Source: a virus
Taxonomy: Duplodnaviria; Caudoviricetes
Length of the DNA: 64,000 bases
Virus record (IMG/VR): IMGVR_UViG_3300010338_002626
Coordinates: 2,331 to 66,330 of that record
Direction: 5' to 3' (one strand)
Both the position numbers and the translations under genes were made by a program. The notes below the pieces were generated by a model. The model saw nothing but the letters and a program-made list of their open reading frames with translations, ran no database searches and had not been told where the DNA came from. Shown piece after piece: positions 31,793 through 42,814 of the stretch (positions are counted from its first letter, which is position 1; each line of letters opens with the position of its first letter).

Positions 31793-34340
31793 TTTTTCAA
31801 AGGAAATTTGGGAGCTAAATTATAAAGCTCCCAATGAAAATTATATAGAAGATACTTGGCGACGGTTAGCTTCCTCATGCGCACTTGTTGAAAAATCCGA
31901 TAAACGTAAAAAAATTGAAGATCAATTTTATTCTATTTTATCAGATTTTAAATTTATACCTGGTGGACGTATTATGGCGAATTTGGGAGTTGAAGGTAGA
32001 GATAATACCACATTATATAATTGTTTCGTATACAATCCAACTCCAAAAGAAATATATGATATAGATAGTATGGAAGGTATAATGGAAATGTTAAAAAATA
32101 GTAGTGTTATATTACGTACTGAAGGTGGATTAGGTATATATGTTGGATGGTTAAGACCAAAAGGCTCATATATAAATGGAATTGGTGCCAGAACCCCAGG
32201 AGTTGTTAAATTTTTAGAATTATGGGATAAAATGTCTGAAATAATTACAGCGGGTTCAATCATAAAAGTTGATGAAAATAAAAATGAAAAAAAGAAAATT
32301 AGAAAAGGTGCAATGTTAGCTTGCTATCCTGTTTGGGGACCCGATATAAAAGATTTTATAACAATAAAACAAACCCCAAATAAATTAACGAAATTTAATT
32401 TATCTGTAGGTATATATAAAGATTTCATAAATGCAGTTATAAATAATGAAAAATGGGACTTAGTATTTCCAGACACAACATTCGAAAAATATAAGGCTGA
32501 GTGGGATGGGGATATTTATAATTGGAAAGAAAAAGGATATCCGATTAAAATATACGAAACAGTTAAAGCACGCGATTTATGGAATCTTATTATGGAATCG
32601 ACTTATAATAGAAACGAACCTGGTGTAATCTTCTTAGATAATGTTAATGAACTAAATCCTCTATATTATTGTGAAAAAATATTTACAACAAACCCATGCG
32701 GCGAAATCCCAATGCCTACATCAGTTTGTTGTTTAGGTTCAATTAATTTAACAAAATTTGTTAAAATCAAAGATGATAAACTTATATTTGATTTTGATAA
32801 TTATGCTACAACAGTAAAAATTGCAATTAGATTTTTAGATAATATATGTGATATTTCTAATGTCCCATTACCTGAATATAAAAAGATAATTAAAGAAAAA
32901 CGACGAATCGGATTAGGAAATATGGGACTCGGTTCCCTGCTAATGATGTTCGGAATACGCTATGGATCAAAAGAATCCCTCAGCCTAATTGAGGACATAT
33001 ACAAATGTAAATGTGAAGCAGAATTATTAGCGTCTGCAGAATTGGGTAAAGAAAAAGGAGATTTCTTATTATTCGATAAAGAAAAATATTTCAATTCTAA
33101 ATGGTGGAAAAATTTAAATATTACACCAGAAATAAAAAAATTAATTCAAGATATAGGACATATGCGTAATAGCCATCGAAGTATGAATGCACCAAACGGT
33201 AATACTTCTATTTATGCGGGGGTGGTATCGGGTGGAATAGAACCTGTATTTTCTCGTGAATACATTAGATGGTCGATTGTTCCAGAAGACGAATTAAAAA
33301 ATTTAAAAAAATTAGGATTTAAATTTCCCGATATATTAAAAAATGAATTTTATGAAACGGAACATTTAAAATTTAAATATCGTGGAAATGAACAAATACT
33401 ATTTGGAACATTTAATAATGAATTATATGAATATGACAAAAATAGAGGATTAACTAAATCAATTAATGTAATTGACTATGGTTGGAAATTTGCTAAAGCA
33501 TTTTATCCAAAAGATACTCTAGATATACTACTACAACAAAATAGTTTCGCTTCTACTAATGATTTAACAGTTCAAGATCATATACAAGTCCTAAATATTA
33601 TCGCACATTATACAGACCAAAGTATATCCAAAACTGTTAATATACCAAATAATTATCCATTTGAAAAATTTAAAAATTTATATATGGATGCGTGGAAAAA
33701 TGGTATAAAGGGTATTACATCTTATAGAAGTGGAACTATGACTGTTGTTCTCGAAGAAAAAATGAAAAATGAAATAATACAAAATGAGTTGGAACAGTTA
33801 TTTAATGAAGCTGGAGATAATATTATTAAAAACGTATTAAAATTACCTACGGAATACTATTCAAAAGGATATAAAATAAAAGATAAAAATAAAAAGAAAT
33901 GGTATATTAATATTGCTTTCGCAGATAAATTTTATCAAAAACCTTTTGCAATATTTATTCATTCAAATAATAATGAAGGGAATGAAGTAACTACTGAATT
34001 TATACAAGCAATGGAAAAATTATTAATTGAAAAAGGTATAGATAAAAATTTAATTTCCGAACAAATTGAAAAATATGCACATCAAAAAAATGTTACAAAA
34101 ATTGCTCGTATTATAGGTATGGCATTAAGGCATAATGTTCCAATTGTTGATATAATCGATGTATTAGATAAATTTGATATAGAGATATCGAGTTTAATAT
34201 TTCATCTAAAAAAATTACTTTCTAAATTTATTAAAGATAATACAAAAGTAAAATCAGAAAAATGCCCAGAATGTGGAAAAACTTTAGTATATAAAGAAGG
34301 TTGTAAAACTTGTTTATCCTGCTTTTGGAGTAAATGCTAA
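31770..34340 (+). CDS. nrdJ: Class II (adenosylcobalamin-dependent) ribonucleotide reductase with C-terminal zinc ribbon
   Basis: FIPGGRI, LYNCF, RKGAML, FNLSV, EPGVIF, TNPCGE, CCLGSIN, RRIGLG, SGGIEP, DQSISKTVN, GITSYR, C-terminal CPECG...EGCKTCLSCFWSKC; no NrdB small-subunit gene adjacent. Confidence 0.92.
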   Translation: MEQIQMDNFSKEIWELNYKAPNENYIEDTWRRLASSCALVEKSDKRKKIEDQFYSILSDFKFIPGGRIMANLGVEGRDNTTLYNCFVYNPTPKEIYDIDSMEGIMEMLKNSSVILRTEGGLGIYVGWLRPKGSYINGIGARTPGVVKFLELWDKMSEIITAGSIIKVDENKNEKKKIRKGAMLACYPVWGPDIKDFITIKQTPNKLTKFNLSVGIYKDFINAVINNEKWDLVFPDTTFEKYKAEWDGDIYNWKEKGYPIKIYETVKARDLWNLIMESTYNRNEPGVIFLDNVNELNPLYYCEKIFTTNPCGEIPMPTSVCCLGSINLTKFVKIKDDKLIFDFDNYATTVKIAIRFLDNICDISNVPLPEYKKIIKEKRRIGLGNMGLGSLLMMFGIRYGSKESLSLIEDIYKCKCEAELLASAELGKEKGDFLLFDKEKYFNSKWWKNLNITPEIKKLIQDIGHMRNSHRSMNAPNGNTSIYAGVVSGGIEPVFSREYIRWSIVPEDELKNLKKLGFKFPDILKNEFYETEHLKFKYRGNEQILFGTFNNELYEYDKNRGLTKSINVIDYGWKFAKAFYPKDTLDILLQQNSFASTNDLTVQDHIQVLNIIAHYTDQSISKTVNIPNNYPFEKFKNLYMDAWKNGIKGITSYRSGTMTVVLEEKMKNEIIQNELEQLFNEAGDNIIKNVLKLPTEYYSKGYKIKDKNKKKWYINIAFADKFYQKPFAIFIHSNNNEGNEVTTEFIQAMEKLLIEKGIDKNLISEQIEKYAHQKNVTKIARIIGMALRHNVPIVDIIDVLDKFDIEISSLIFHLKKLLSKFIKDNTKVKSEKCPECGKTLVYKEGCKTCLSCFWSKC

Positions 34341-34355
34341 CTAATCAAAATTAAA

Positions 34356-34721
34356 ATGAAAATATATAATATTAGTAAAGGAGATAATAAAAGAAAATTA
34401 TTAGTTAAAGATATTGCTGAAGAACATATAGTAAAAAATGATCAAGTCAGTAAAAAAGTAAAATTAATTACATATGATGAAATAACAAAACAAACATTTT
34501 ATATAACTGATGCTTGGGTACAAGATTCAAAAGGTAATATACGTATACAAGGTATGTGGCTTTCCAATATAAATGAAAATGAAATTATTCCAACTTGTAC
34601 CCTAGCAAAAGTTATGGATTATTATAAAGTTAAAACTTTAGGAGATTTAATAAATAATTATATTTATGCATATCCAGATAAAAATAATTATTTAGTAATT
34701 TTAGCTTGTGATTTAAACTAA
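34356..34721 (+). CDS. Hypothetical protein (121 aa)
   Basis: Co-oriented ORF filling the gap; beta-rich; no motif recognised. Confidence 0.6.
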   Translation: MKIYNISKGDNKRKLLVKDIAEEHIVKNDQVSKKVKLITYDEITKQTFYITDAWVQDSKGNIRIQGMWLSNINENEIIPTCTLAKVMDYYKVKTLGDLINNYIYAYPDKNNYLVILACDLN

Positions 34722-34730
34722 AACAAATCA

Positions 34731-36662
34731 ATGGAAACAATGAGAAAAGAAAATATTTATGTAATAAATAAAATATATGACTTAGGATTTTCTAAAAAGA
34801 ATTTAGATTTTTTACAAGAACGATATGAATCTGATTATTATAAGGGAAGTAAGCATATTCTGGTATTCAATAGTTTGTATATATTTAATAAAGATAAAAA
34901 CATAGCTTTATCCGTAGAATCTCAATCAATTACAAAATCTAATATACCAGATGAAATTATTAAATTAGTAAATAATGACCAATTATATATAAATATTTAT
35001 ATTAGATCATCTTCATTGTCAAATGAAATTATAGATTTTTATTTATTAGTACACGATGATTATGATAAATTAATTAATGAAATACTAAATATTCTAAATT
35101 TTTGCTATATATTACGTTTAAAAATAAAAAATAAAAAATATAATTTATCAAATAAGCGTGTGTTTAACCACATCGATGATATATATAATATTATTGATAA
35201 TAATTTTTCTAAACAAAATTTAGAAAAATTAAGACCATATAATTGTAGAGTTTTCACTGAGGTGTCATCTATTCGCCTCAGTGATATTATTTCAGTATTA
35301 AAAAAATTACAATTTAAAAATTTCGATTATATTGATAATACTTACAATTATAAAAATAATATTCAACAGATTGGAATATTACTAACATTAGAAAATCTGA
35401 AAATAGCTATAACAGATGAAGATGTAATATATTGTAAACGTAATTCAAAATATTATAATTATTTAAATTTAGGCAATTTTATATTTTATCGTTATCCTGA
35501 CCCTGTAATAATAAATAGTGACAAAAATGAATATTTAAGCGATAATTTATTAGAATATTTAAAATATTTCCCAAATAAAAAAATTATAAATATTGATGAT
35601 TTAATAGAATGCAATAAAATTATATCAAAAATTAGATCTGGATTAAAATTAAAAAATATATTGTCTACTAATTCATATCAAATTATCAATAATAAATTAA
35701 AAAATTTATGTAATTTTAGCGACAATTTATCAATTAATAATATTATTTTTTCAAATAATACAATACAATATGATAATATTAAATTGATAATAGAACAAGA
35801 TGAAAATAAATTATTTGATACACTATTAAATATTATTAATAATAAATATATTTTTTATACTAATTTTACAATAGTATATAATAATTTTATTAATATGATA
35901 TATAGAAATATTCATAATATTAATAATTTAAAATATACTATTGATAATGTAGAAATAAATTTAACTAAAATTGGAAAATATAATTATATTAATAATATAA
36001 GAGTTTACAATGATAATATTAAATCTTGTCTATTTAATGCCATAAAATATAATAATACCGAAGATTATAATTATTTTTTACAATACTCATTAAAAAATAA
36101 TATAAAAAATATTAAATTAATTAATAACGGTTTACCATTTTTTTATTACGATAGATTTGAATCGTGTTGGATCGGTGGGTTATTATCATTTATATACGAT
36201 AAAAAAAAATTATATTTAATAGATGATAATTCAAATGAATATTTAGTTAATGATCTAAAAATATTACTACAATTACAAAATAAAAATGATATATATCAAG
36301 TAACAAATTTTATCAATGAATGTATTAAAGATTTAAACGACGAAGTTTATAAAATTATAATTGAAGGGCAGGAAAGATTAAAACATTTATTATTATATTT
36401 CGAAAATAGCTTAAAAAAATTACGTAACATCAAATTTGATGAATTACAAGATTATAGAGCAAAACAACATGGATATAATATATATCATAAGAACAGAACA
36501 TATTTTTTAGATATTATTAACAATAATATTTATTTTAAAGCAATCGATGGTAATATGTTAGTATATGAGAGTATATTGGATAACAAAGATGTTTTATTAC
36601 AAAATATAAAATTATTACTACAAAATAAAAATTTAGACCCAATTATAGCTTTATATAAATAA
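34731..36662 (+). CDS. N/I/Y-rich hypothetical protein, paralogue A
   Basis: 643-aa ORF; aligns by eye with 36926..38884. Confidence 0.65.
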   Translation: METMRKENIYVINKIYDLGFSKKNLDFLQERYESDYYKGSKHILVFNSLYIFNKDKNIALSVESQSITKSNIPDEIIKLVNNDQLYINIYIRSSSLSNEIIDFYLLVHDDYDKLINEILNILNFCYILRLKIKNKKYNLSNKRVFNHIDDIYNIIDNNFSKQNLEKLRPYNCRVFTEVSSIRLSDIISVLKKLQFKNFDYIDNTYNYKNNIQQIGILLTLENLKIAITDEDVIYCKRNSKYYNYLNLGNFIFYRYPDPVIINSDKNEYLSDNLLEYLKYFPNKKIINIDDLIECNKIISKIRSGLKLKNILSTNSYQIINNKLKNLCNFSDNLSINNIIFSNNTIQYDNIKLIIEQDENKLFDTLLNIINNKYIFYTNFTIVYNNFINMIYRNIHNINNLKYTIDNVEINLTKIGKYNYINNIRVYNDNIKSCLFNAIKYNNTEDYNYFLQYSLKNNIKNIKLINNGLPFFYYDRFESCWIGGLLSFIYDKKKLYLIDDNSNEYLVNDLKILLQLQNKNDIYQVTNFINECIKDLNDEVYKIIIEGQERLKHLLLYFENSLKKLRNIKFDELQDYRAKQHGYNIYHKNRTYFLDIINNNIYFKAIDGNMLVYESILDNKDVLLQNIKLLLQNKNLDPIIALYK

Positions 36663-36679
36663 GGAGTAATAAATATAAT

Positions 36680-36916
36680 ATGGCGAATATAATTAAACAA
36701 ACAGAAAAATCTGAAATAAAAAATAGAAAACAAAATAATAGACAATCTAAAGATTTCGGCGAAATATGGAATATTCAAACGGAATGTAATGTAACAGATG
36801 AACAATGGGATGCTATTTTTCATAATTATGAAAATCCAGAACAATGCAATCAAGATAAATTACCTAGAGGATGTACTATATGTGACAAATTACGAAAAGA
36901 AGGAAAATTAAAATAG
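36680..36916 (+). CDS. Small Cys-containing hypothetical protein
   Basis: 78 aa, C-x7-CxxC near the C-terminus; AAGGAG upstream. Confidence 0.5.
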   Translation: MANIIKQTEKSEIKNRKQNNRQSKDFGEIWNIQTECNVTDEQWDAIFHNYENPEQCNQDKLPRGCTICDKLRKEGKLK

Positions 36917-36925
36917 GTATATGTT

Positions 36926-38884
36926 ATGGTAGCAAATTTAGAAAATGATATACGTTTAATGAATATTTCAGATAAAAATTCAGAAATATTATCGAATATT
37001 TTTTATTTAGATGATTACTTCTCAAATTTATATGTAATTAGTGTTGATTTACATAATAAAAAAATTTTATATGTTTCTAGTAATTATAAAAAATGTAAAA
37101 CATTAAAAAAAGATGTAATTAATAAATTAAAAAAATTAAAAATTAATACAGATAAATTATATTTAACAAATCGATCATTACAATTTTTATTTCCTATTAA
37201 TTCATTTGATGAATATAAATATATAATATACATAAGACTCTTATATTATAAATTATTATATAATCATAATATCGAAGCTTCTATTATTTCAATTATAAAA
37301 AAATCAAAAGATATACAAAATTTTTCAAAAAATATTATTAATAATATTATAAAAAATGTTATATATGATGAACAAAATAATTTTGCAATATTTACTGATT
37401 TATATAATGAATTTTTAGAAATATGTAAATACGCAGATGCTAAAATAAAACAAATACCACATAATAAACAATTAGGAGACATAGATATTTATGATCCAAA
37501 TGATAAAACCCAATGTTTTGAAACATTAAGAAAAATAAATTACATAGTAATTTATAATAATTATAAAATAACTATAGCAGATGGTATTATTATTATTCAT
37601 AATAATAAGTCAAAAATATTTAAAGATATAGATTATGGAAAATATTTAATTTATAATTATGGAAATATTTATGTATTAACAGCAAATATTGATAATATTA
37701 TTCAAAATAATGATATAAAAAAATTTACTAATTTTTTAAGTATATATATTTATATTAAAAATGATAATAATATTATTACTGATCAAGATATAAAAGATTA
37801 TCATTTAATAAGTAATAAATATACAGCAACACAAAAAATTAATAACAACATTATTAATTTAAAACATAAACAATATATCGAAAATTATAAATTTTTACCA
37901 ATAAATAATATATTATTATCGGGTAATACACTTAAATATAATAATAAAATTTTATACATTAATGATTATTATAAAAATAGAATAAATGAAACTATAATTA
38001 AAAATTTTAATTTTTATTATTTTCAAAACTTATATGGTATATATATTAGCGAATTATGTTTCTATTTAATGAGATGCCAACATACAAATTTACCTATTAA
38101 TATTAACATTAATAATATTAATATTAGTTTTAACATTATCAAAAAATATTATTATATAAATAATATTAAAATTTGCCAAGATGATATTTTATTACACTTA
38201 TTTAATTCTATTTTTTATAATTCACAAAATGATTACGATAATTATTTAAAAAATTTGAATAATTTACCATTAAAAATATATAATATTATTAATAATGGTG
38301 TAATATTAAGTTGTATTTTTGATGATAATGGATATATGATAAATATAAAATTAAATTTTTGTCTTGAAAATAATAAAAAATATTTAATATTAAATAACAA
38401 AAAATATACAATAAATAATATCAATAATATTTATAAAATTACTAGACCAAGTATAAGAAAAAGATATTCAATAAATGAATTTTATAATTTATTAAAAAAT
38501 AGTATTACTGAAGATTTAAGTATCAAACCAGAAAATATTATTGAAGAGGGTAAAGAAAATTATAAATTATTTGTTAAAGGGATAAAAAATAAGATATATA
38601 AATATGGTAAAAATTTAAAAATTGAATTTGATCAAATTATAAATTTATCAACTAATATAGGGCATAAATTTATTAATTCTGCTCTTTATATTTATAATGA
38701 TGATATTAAATATTGTATCGATTTAAATAATAGTAATATTTTTGTTGGACGAAATGAAATTATGAAATCTACTATGTATTATATGGGAGATTATAAATTC
38801 TATAAATTAGATTTTACATCTTTAATAAAAGAAATAAATGAAAAAAAACTGATAGAATTGGGTACTGGATTAATTATTAATTAG
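36926..38884 (+). CDS. N/I/Y-rich hypothetical protein, paralogue B
   Basis: 652-aa ORF; shares YYINNI...LFN...DY..(F/Y)L...IINNG with paralogue A. Confidence 0.65.
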   Translation: MVANLENDIRLMNISDKNSEILSNIFYLDDYFSNLYVISVDLHNKKILYVSSNYKKCKTLKKDVINKLKKLKINTDKLYLTNRSLQFLFPINSFDEYKYIIYIRLLYYKLLYNHNIEASIISIIKKSKDIQNFSKNIINNIIKNVIYDEQNNFAIFTDLYNEFLEICKYADAKIKQIPHNKQLGDIDIYDPNDKTQCFETLRKINYIVIYNNYKITIADGIIIIHNNKSKIFKDIDYGKYLIYNYGNIYVLTANIDNIIQNNDIKKFTNFLSIYIYIKNDNNIITDQDIKDYHLISNKYTATQKINNNIINLKHKQYIENYKFLPINNILLSGNTLKYNNKILYINDYYKNRINETIIKNFNFYYFQNLYGIYISELCFYLMRCQHTNLPINININNINISFNIIKKYYYINNIKICQDDILLHLFNSIFYNSQNDYDNYLKNLNNLPLKIYNIINNGVILSCIFDDNGYMINIKLNFCLENNKKYLILNNKKYTINNINNIYKITRPSIRKRYSINEFYNLLKNSITEDLSIKPENIIEEGKENYKLFVKGIKNKIYKYGKNLKIEFDQIINLSTNIGHKFINSALYIYNDDIKYCIDLNNSNIFVGRNEIMKSTMYYMGDYKFYKLDFTSLIKEINEKKLIELGTGLIIN

Positions 38885-38895
38885 GAGAAAAATTT

Positions 38896-38929
38896 TTGAC
38901 TTGTAACATTGTAACTATAACATTATTAT
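38896..38929 (+). promoter_or_regulatory. Probable promoter of the RpoD-like sigma gene, with TTGTAAC direct repeat
   Basis: TTGACT at 38896 followed by TTGTAACA-TTGTAACT-ATAACA; the -10 element is ambiguous. Confidence 0.4.
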
Positions 38930-38960
38930 GATGACATAGATTAACTAATTAATATAATTT

Positions 38961-39755
38961 ATGTCATCATTAAATTCCTACCTAAAAGAAATAAGAAATT
39001 TTAATTTATTAACGAAAAAAGAAGAAACAGAATTATTTTTAAAAGCAAAAGCAGGAGATAAAAAAGCTTATGAACAAATTATTACTTCTAATTTACGATT
39101 CGTCATAAGTGTTGCGAAAAAATACCAAATACCTGGCGTTGAACTAGACGATTTAATTGCAGAAGGTAATATGGGGCTCTTAAAAGCTTATGAAAAATTT
39201 GATGTAAACAAAAAATTAAAATTTATTACATATGCAGTTTGGTGGATTAAACAAAGTATTATTAATTATATTAATGATTATTCCAAATTAATTAGATTAC
39301 CAATGAATAAAGTTATTAATTTAAATAAAATTAATAAAATTAAAGATTCATTAGAACAAAAAAAATCTAGGGAAGTTTCTTATGAAGAATTAGTAGATAT
39401 TGTCGATAATCCTGATATATTAAATGATTTAAAACATAACTGTAGTATTATAAGTTTAGAAAAACCACAAACTGACAATCAAAAAGATTTAAATGAAATA
39501 TTACCAGATCCTGTATATCATATTTCAAATGATTTAGTTTATCTAAAAGAAGAAATTGAAGATATATTAAAAGAATTCTCTCCAAAAGAAAGAAAAATAT
39601 TAAAAATGTATTATGGGATTGGCTATGAAAGATCTTATACATTAAAAGAAATAGGAGAAGAATTTAAATTAACTAGAGAACGTATAAGGCAAATTAAACA
39701 AAAAGCCATTGAAAAATTAAGAAATAAAAAACATTCAAATAGGTTGAAAAATTGA
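38961..39755 (+). CDS. RpoD / SigA-family sigma-70 factor
   Basis: YLKEI...LLTKKEE, NLRFVISVAKKY, DLIAEGNMGLLKAYEKFD, KFITYAVWWIKQSI, IRLP, TLKEIGEEFKLTRERIRQI. Confidence 0.95.
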   Translation: MSSLNSYLKEIRNFNLLTKKEETELFLKAKAGDKKAYEQIITSNLRFVISVAKKYQIPGVELDDLIAEGNMGLLKAYEKFDVNKKLKFITYAVWWIKQSIINYINDYSKLIRLPMNKVINLNKINKIKDSLEQKKSREVSYEELVDIVDNPDILNDLKHNCSIISLEKPQTDNQKDLNEILPDPVYHISNDLVYLKEEIEDILKEFSPKERKILKMYYGIGYERSYTLKEIGEEFKLTRERIRQIKQKAIEKLRNKKHSNRLKN

Positions 39756-39756
39756 T

Positions 39757-41562
39757 ATGCAATACTATGTTTATTCTGATAAATCAGAAGAATATAATTA
39801 TTTTTTTCAATGGATTGCTGATAAAACTATAATTGGCGTTGACACAGAAACAGAAGGATTAGATATATTCGTTTCAAAAATGTTATTATTACAAATTGGT
39901 AATACGCAGGATCAATTTATTTTTGATGCATATAAATTAGGTAAAGAAAAAATTACTCTAATTTTAAATACTATTAACCATCCTGATATAATTAAAGTTT
40001 TTCATAATGCAAAATTTGATTATTCAGTAATTAAATTAAACTATCAAATTGAATTAGAAAATATCCGATGTACAATGATAGCCGATCAATTGTTAACAGC
40101 TGGAAAAAAATTATCCCATAGTCTAAAAAGTCTCCTTGATAAATATCTTAATGTCAAGATATCTAAAGAAGAACGAGAGGGATTTACAGAAATAGCATTT
40201 GGAGATGATTTTACTGAAAATCAAATTACATATGCTGCTGTAGATGTTATGTATTTAATTCCACTATATAATAAATTAATGGAATTAATTAATGAAAGGG
40301 ATATGACATTACTATCAGAAATAGAATTTCATACTATTAAAGTAACGGCAGATATGGAAATAAATGGAATAAAAATAGATAAGAATAAATGGCTACAATT
40401 AAAAAATGATGCATATAAAAAACAAATTGATGCGTTTAATAAATTAAATGAATTCTTTTTGCCATATTGTCATATAGATTTATTCGGTAATCCTGATATA
40501 AATTATAATTCTCCTACGCAATTATTACCCCTTTTATGCAAAATAACAGGACAAGAATTAGAGTCAACTAATGAAAATTATATTAAATATATTGACCATC
40601 CTGTTATTACTGCATTGATTGAATATCGAAAAGCAACTAAACTACTAACTACATATGGGCAAAAATTTATCGATGAAAATGTCCAAGCTGATGGTCGTAT
40701 ACATACACAATTTAATCAACTTGGAGCTAATACGGGTCGTTTCTCTAGCAAAAATCCTAATTTACAAAATATACCGCATCAACAAATTTATAGAGATCCT
40801 TTTATCGCAGAAGACGGATATAAATTAATATGTGCCGATTACTCAGGACAAGAAATGGCTTTACTTGCATATATAAGTCAAGAAAAAAATTTAATAGATG
40901 CGATTAACAATGATATCGATATACATTGTATGACTGCATCGTTAATTTATAATATACCATTAGAAGAATTTTTTATTGAACCTGGTAATTATTCTAAAGA
41001 TAACTTAAGACCTGATAAAAAAATAATTAGAAATAATGCTAAATCAACAAATTTCGGTGTTGTATTTGGCATGGGTCCAAAAAGATTATCTGAAACTTTG
41101 AGAATCAATATAGATGAAGCGAAAGAAATCTTAAATAAATACTATGAAAAACTTCCTGGCGTAGATAGACTAATGAAATATTTAACTGCAGAATTTAAAA
41201 AAAATAAATATGCATATAGCCCGCTAGATGGACGTAGAAATGACTTTTCAAATATAGATTGGGATAATAATAAAAAAGTTTCCCATGGTATTAATGCTGC
41301 AAAGAATCTACCTATGCAAGGAGCTGCCGCATCTGTAACAAAACTCGCCTTAGTATATATCGATAAAAAAATTAAAGAAATGAAATTAGACGCAAAAATA
41401 GTTTTAGTTGTTCACGATGAAATTCTTGTTGAAGTAAGAGAAGATCAAGCCGAACAAGCTGCTAAAATGGTAGCAGAAGAAATGATACGAGCATTTAATT
41501 TCTTTTGTCCAACAGTAATTATGAGAGTTAAACCAGAAATAAGTGACCATTGGGTACATTAA
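39757..41562 (+). CDS. polA: Family A DNA polymerase with 3'-5' exonuclease (no 5'-3' exonuclease)
   Basis: DTETEG, HNAKFD, YAAVD, TGRFSSKNPNLQNIP, DYSGQE (motif A), RNNAKSTNFG (motif B), VHDEI (motif C). Confidence 0.95.
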   Translation: MQYYVYSDKSEEYNYFFQWIADKTIIGVDTETEGLDIFVSKMLLLQIGNTQDQFIFDAYKLGKEKITLILNTINHPDIIKVFHNAKFDYSVIKLNYQIELENIRCTMIADQLLTAGKKLSHSLKSLLDKYLNVKISKEEREGFTEIAFGDDFTENQITYAAVDVMYLIPLYNKLMELINERDMTLLSEIEFHTIKVTADMEINGIKIDKNKWLQLKNDAYKKQIDAFNKLNEFFLPYCHIDLFGNPDINYNSPTQLLPLLCKITGQELESTNENYIKYIDHPVITALIEYRKATKLLTTYGQKFIDENVQADGRIHTQFNQLGANTGRFSSKNPNLQNIPHQQIYRDPFIAEDGYKLICADYSGQEMALLAYISQEKNLIDAINNDIDIHCMTASLIYNIPLEEFFIEPGNYSKDNLRPDKKIIRNNAKSTNFGVVFGMGPKRLSETLRINIDEAKEILNKYYEKLPGVDRLMKYLTAEFKKNKYAYSPLDGRRNDFSNIDWDNNKKVSHGINAAKNLPMQGAAASVTKLALVYIDKKIKEMKLDAKIVLVVHDEILVEVREDQAEQAAKMVAEEMIRAFNFFCPTVIMRVKPEISDHWVH

Positions 41563-41581
41563 AAAATTTAAGGAGAAATTT

Positions 41582-42100
41582 ATGATAATAAATATTATTA
41601 CATTAATATTAGTTTTCTTAATATTAATAACAGTCATGACAAATTTAACTCAAAACGATGATAAAAATAAAAATGATAAAAAATATGAAATAAATTATTC
41701 TTCTTCATCTACTACACCTTCAATACCAATTCCAATTAATTCAACTATTAAACAACATATAGACCAACAAAAAGATGTGGAACAAGGACAAAATGTTGAT
41801 GAAGCATTAAAAATAGCATTGCAATCTAATGAAATAACAGAAGATTTTATTGCAACTCATTATTTAAATATATTACAAATTTATAAAAAATATGATTATT
41901 TAATGTCAAATGAAAGTGCTGTATATGATATAATATCTACACTTATAACATATTGTTCTAATGTACAAATTAAAATTTTCTTAATAGCGGAAATTAAAAA
42001 TATATTACAAATAGAAAATGAAAATATATCTGTCGATTTAAAACTAAAATTACTAAACTTATTATTTTCACTAGTAAATTCATCAGGAGGAAATAAATAA
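41582..42100 (+). CDS. Membrane-anchored hypothetical protein
   Basis: N-terminal hydrophobic helix IINIITLILVFLILITVM; start moved to ATG 41582 (AAGGAG upstream). Confidence 0.55.
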   Translation: MIINIITLILVFLILITVMTNLTQNDDKNKNDKKYEINYSSSSTTPSIPIPINSTIKQHIDQQKDVEQGQNVDEALKIALQSNEITEDFIATHYLNILQIYKKYDYLMSNESAVYDIISTLITYCSNVQIKIFLIAEIKNILQIENENISVDLKLKLLNLLFSLVNSSGGNK

Positions 42101-42786
42101 TGATAATAGGTTTTGGTAATAAAGCACAACAAGGAAAAGATACATGCGCTAAAATATTCCATAATTTATTTCCAAATGATTCTATTATATTACATTTTGC
42201 AGACGAATTAAAAGAAGAAGTAAAATACATAGAAGGATTTTTATTAATTATACATATTCCTAATTCTACTAATGATATTATTATCCGTAATAAAAAATTA
42301 ATTACACCGGAAGGTATAATTAAGTATGAATATAAATTAGTTACCGATGAAAAATTAAAAAAATTAATATTGAATTATTTAAATGGTAAAAAGTCACACG
42401 TAGGTATGATAGATAAAGATCCAATTCTATTACAACTATGGGGCACTGATTTTAGACGTAATGAAGATCCAGATTATTGGGTTAATAAAGTAAAAGAAAA
42501 AATTAACTCTCTTAACAAAAAATATATTTTAATTCCCGATACAAGATTTAAAAATGAATTCGAATATATTAAATCACAAGGTGGGTATTATATACGAGTA
42601 ATAAGAAAAAATTATATTAATAATGATCGAAATCCTTTACATAAATCCGAAATAGATTTAGATGATGTAGTGCCAGATTATGAAATTATTGCAGAAAATG
42701 GTGATATAAAATCGTTAGAGGAACAAATAAAAAATATTATTAATGATATAAATGAAAAAGAAAAAAATAAAAATGCAAAGGTTTAA
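42100..42786 (+). CDS. Deoxynucleoside monophosphate kinase
   Basis: IIGFGNKAQQGKDT, HFADELK, LQLWGTDFRR, IPDTRFKNE, HKSEIDLD. Confidence 0.9.
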   Translation: MIIGFGNKAQQGKDTCAKIFHNLFPNDSIILHFADELKEEVKYIEGFLLIIHIPNSTNDIIIRNKKLITPEGIIKYEYKLVTDEKLKKLILNYLNGKKSHVGMIDKDPILLQLWGTDFRRNEDPDYWVNKVKEKINSLNKKYILIPDTRFKNEFEYIKSQGGYYIRVIRKNYINNDRNPLHKSEIDLDDVVPDYEIIAENGDIKSLEEQIKNIINDINEKEKNKNAKV

Positions 42787-42804
42787 CCCTTTGCATTTTT
42801 TTTT
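42769..42804. terminator. Bidirectional intrinsic terminator between convergent blocks
   Basis: AAAAATGCAAAGG-tttaac-CCTTTGCATTTTT-TTTT with A/T tracts on both sides. Confidence 0.8.
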
Positions 42805-42814
42805 AACTTAAATT

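Noticed and set aside
31770-41562. Group I introns or inteins in nrdJ and polA
   Set aside because: Both reading frames are continuous and of expected size, with no splice-junction motifs.
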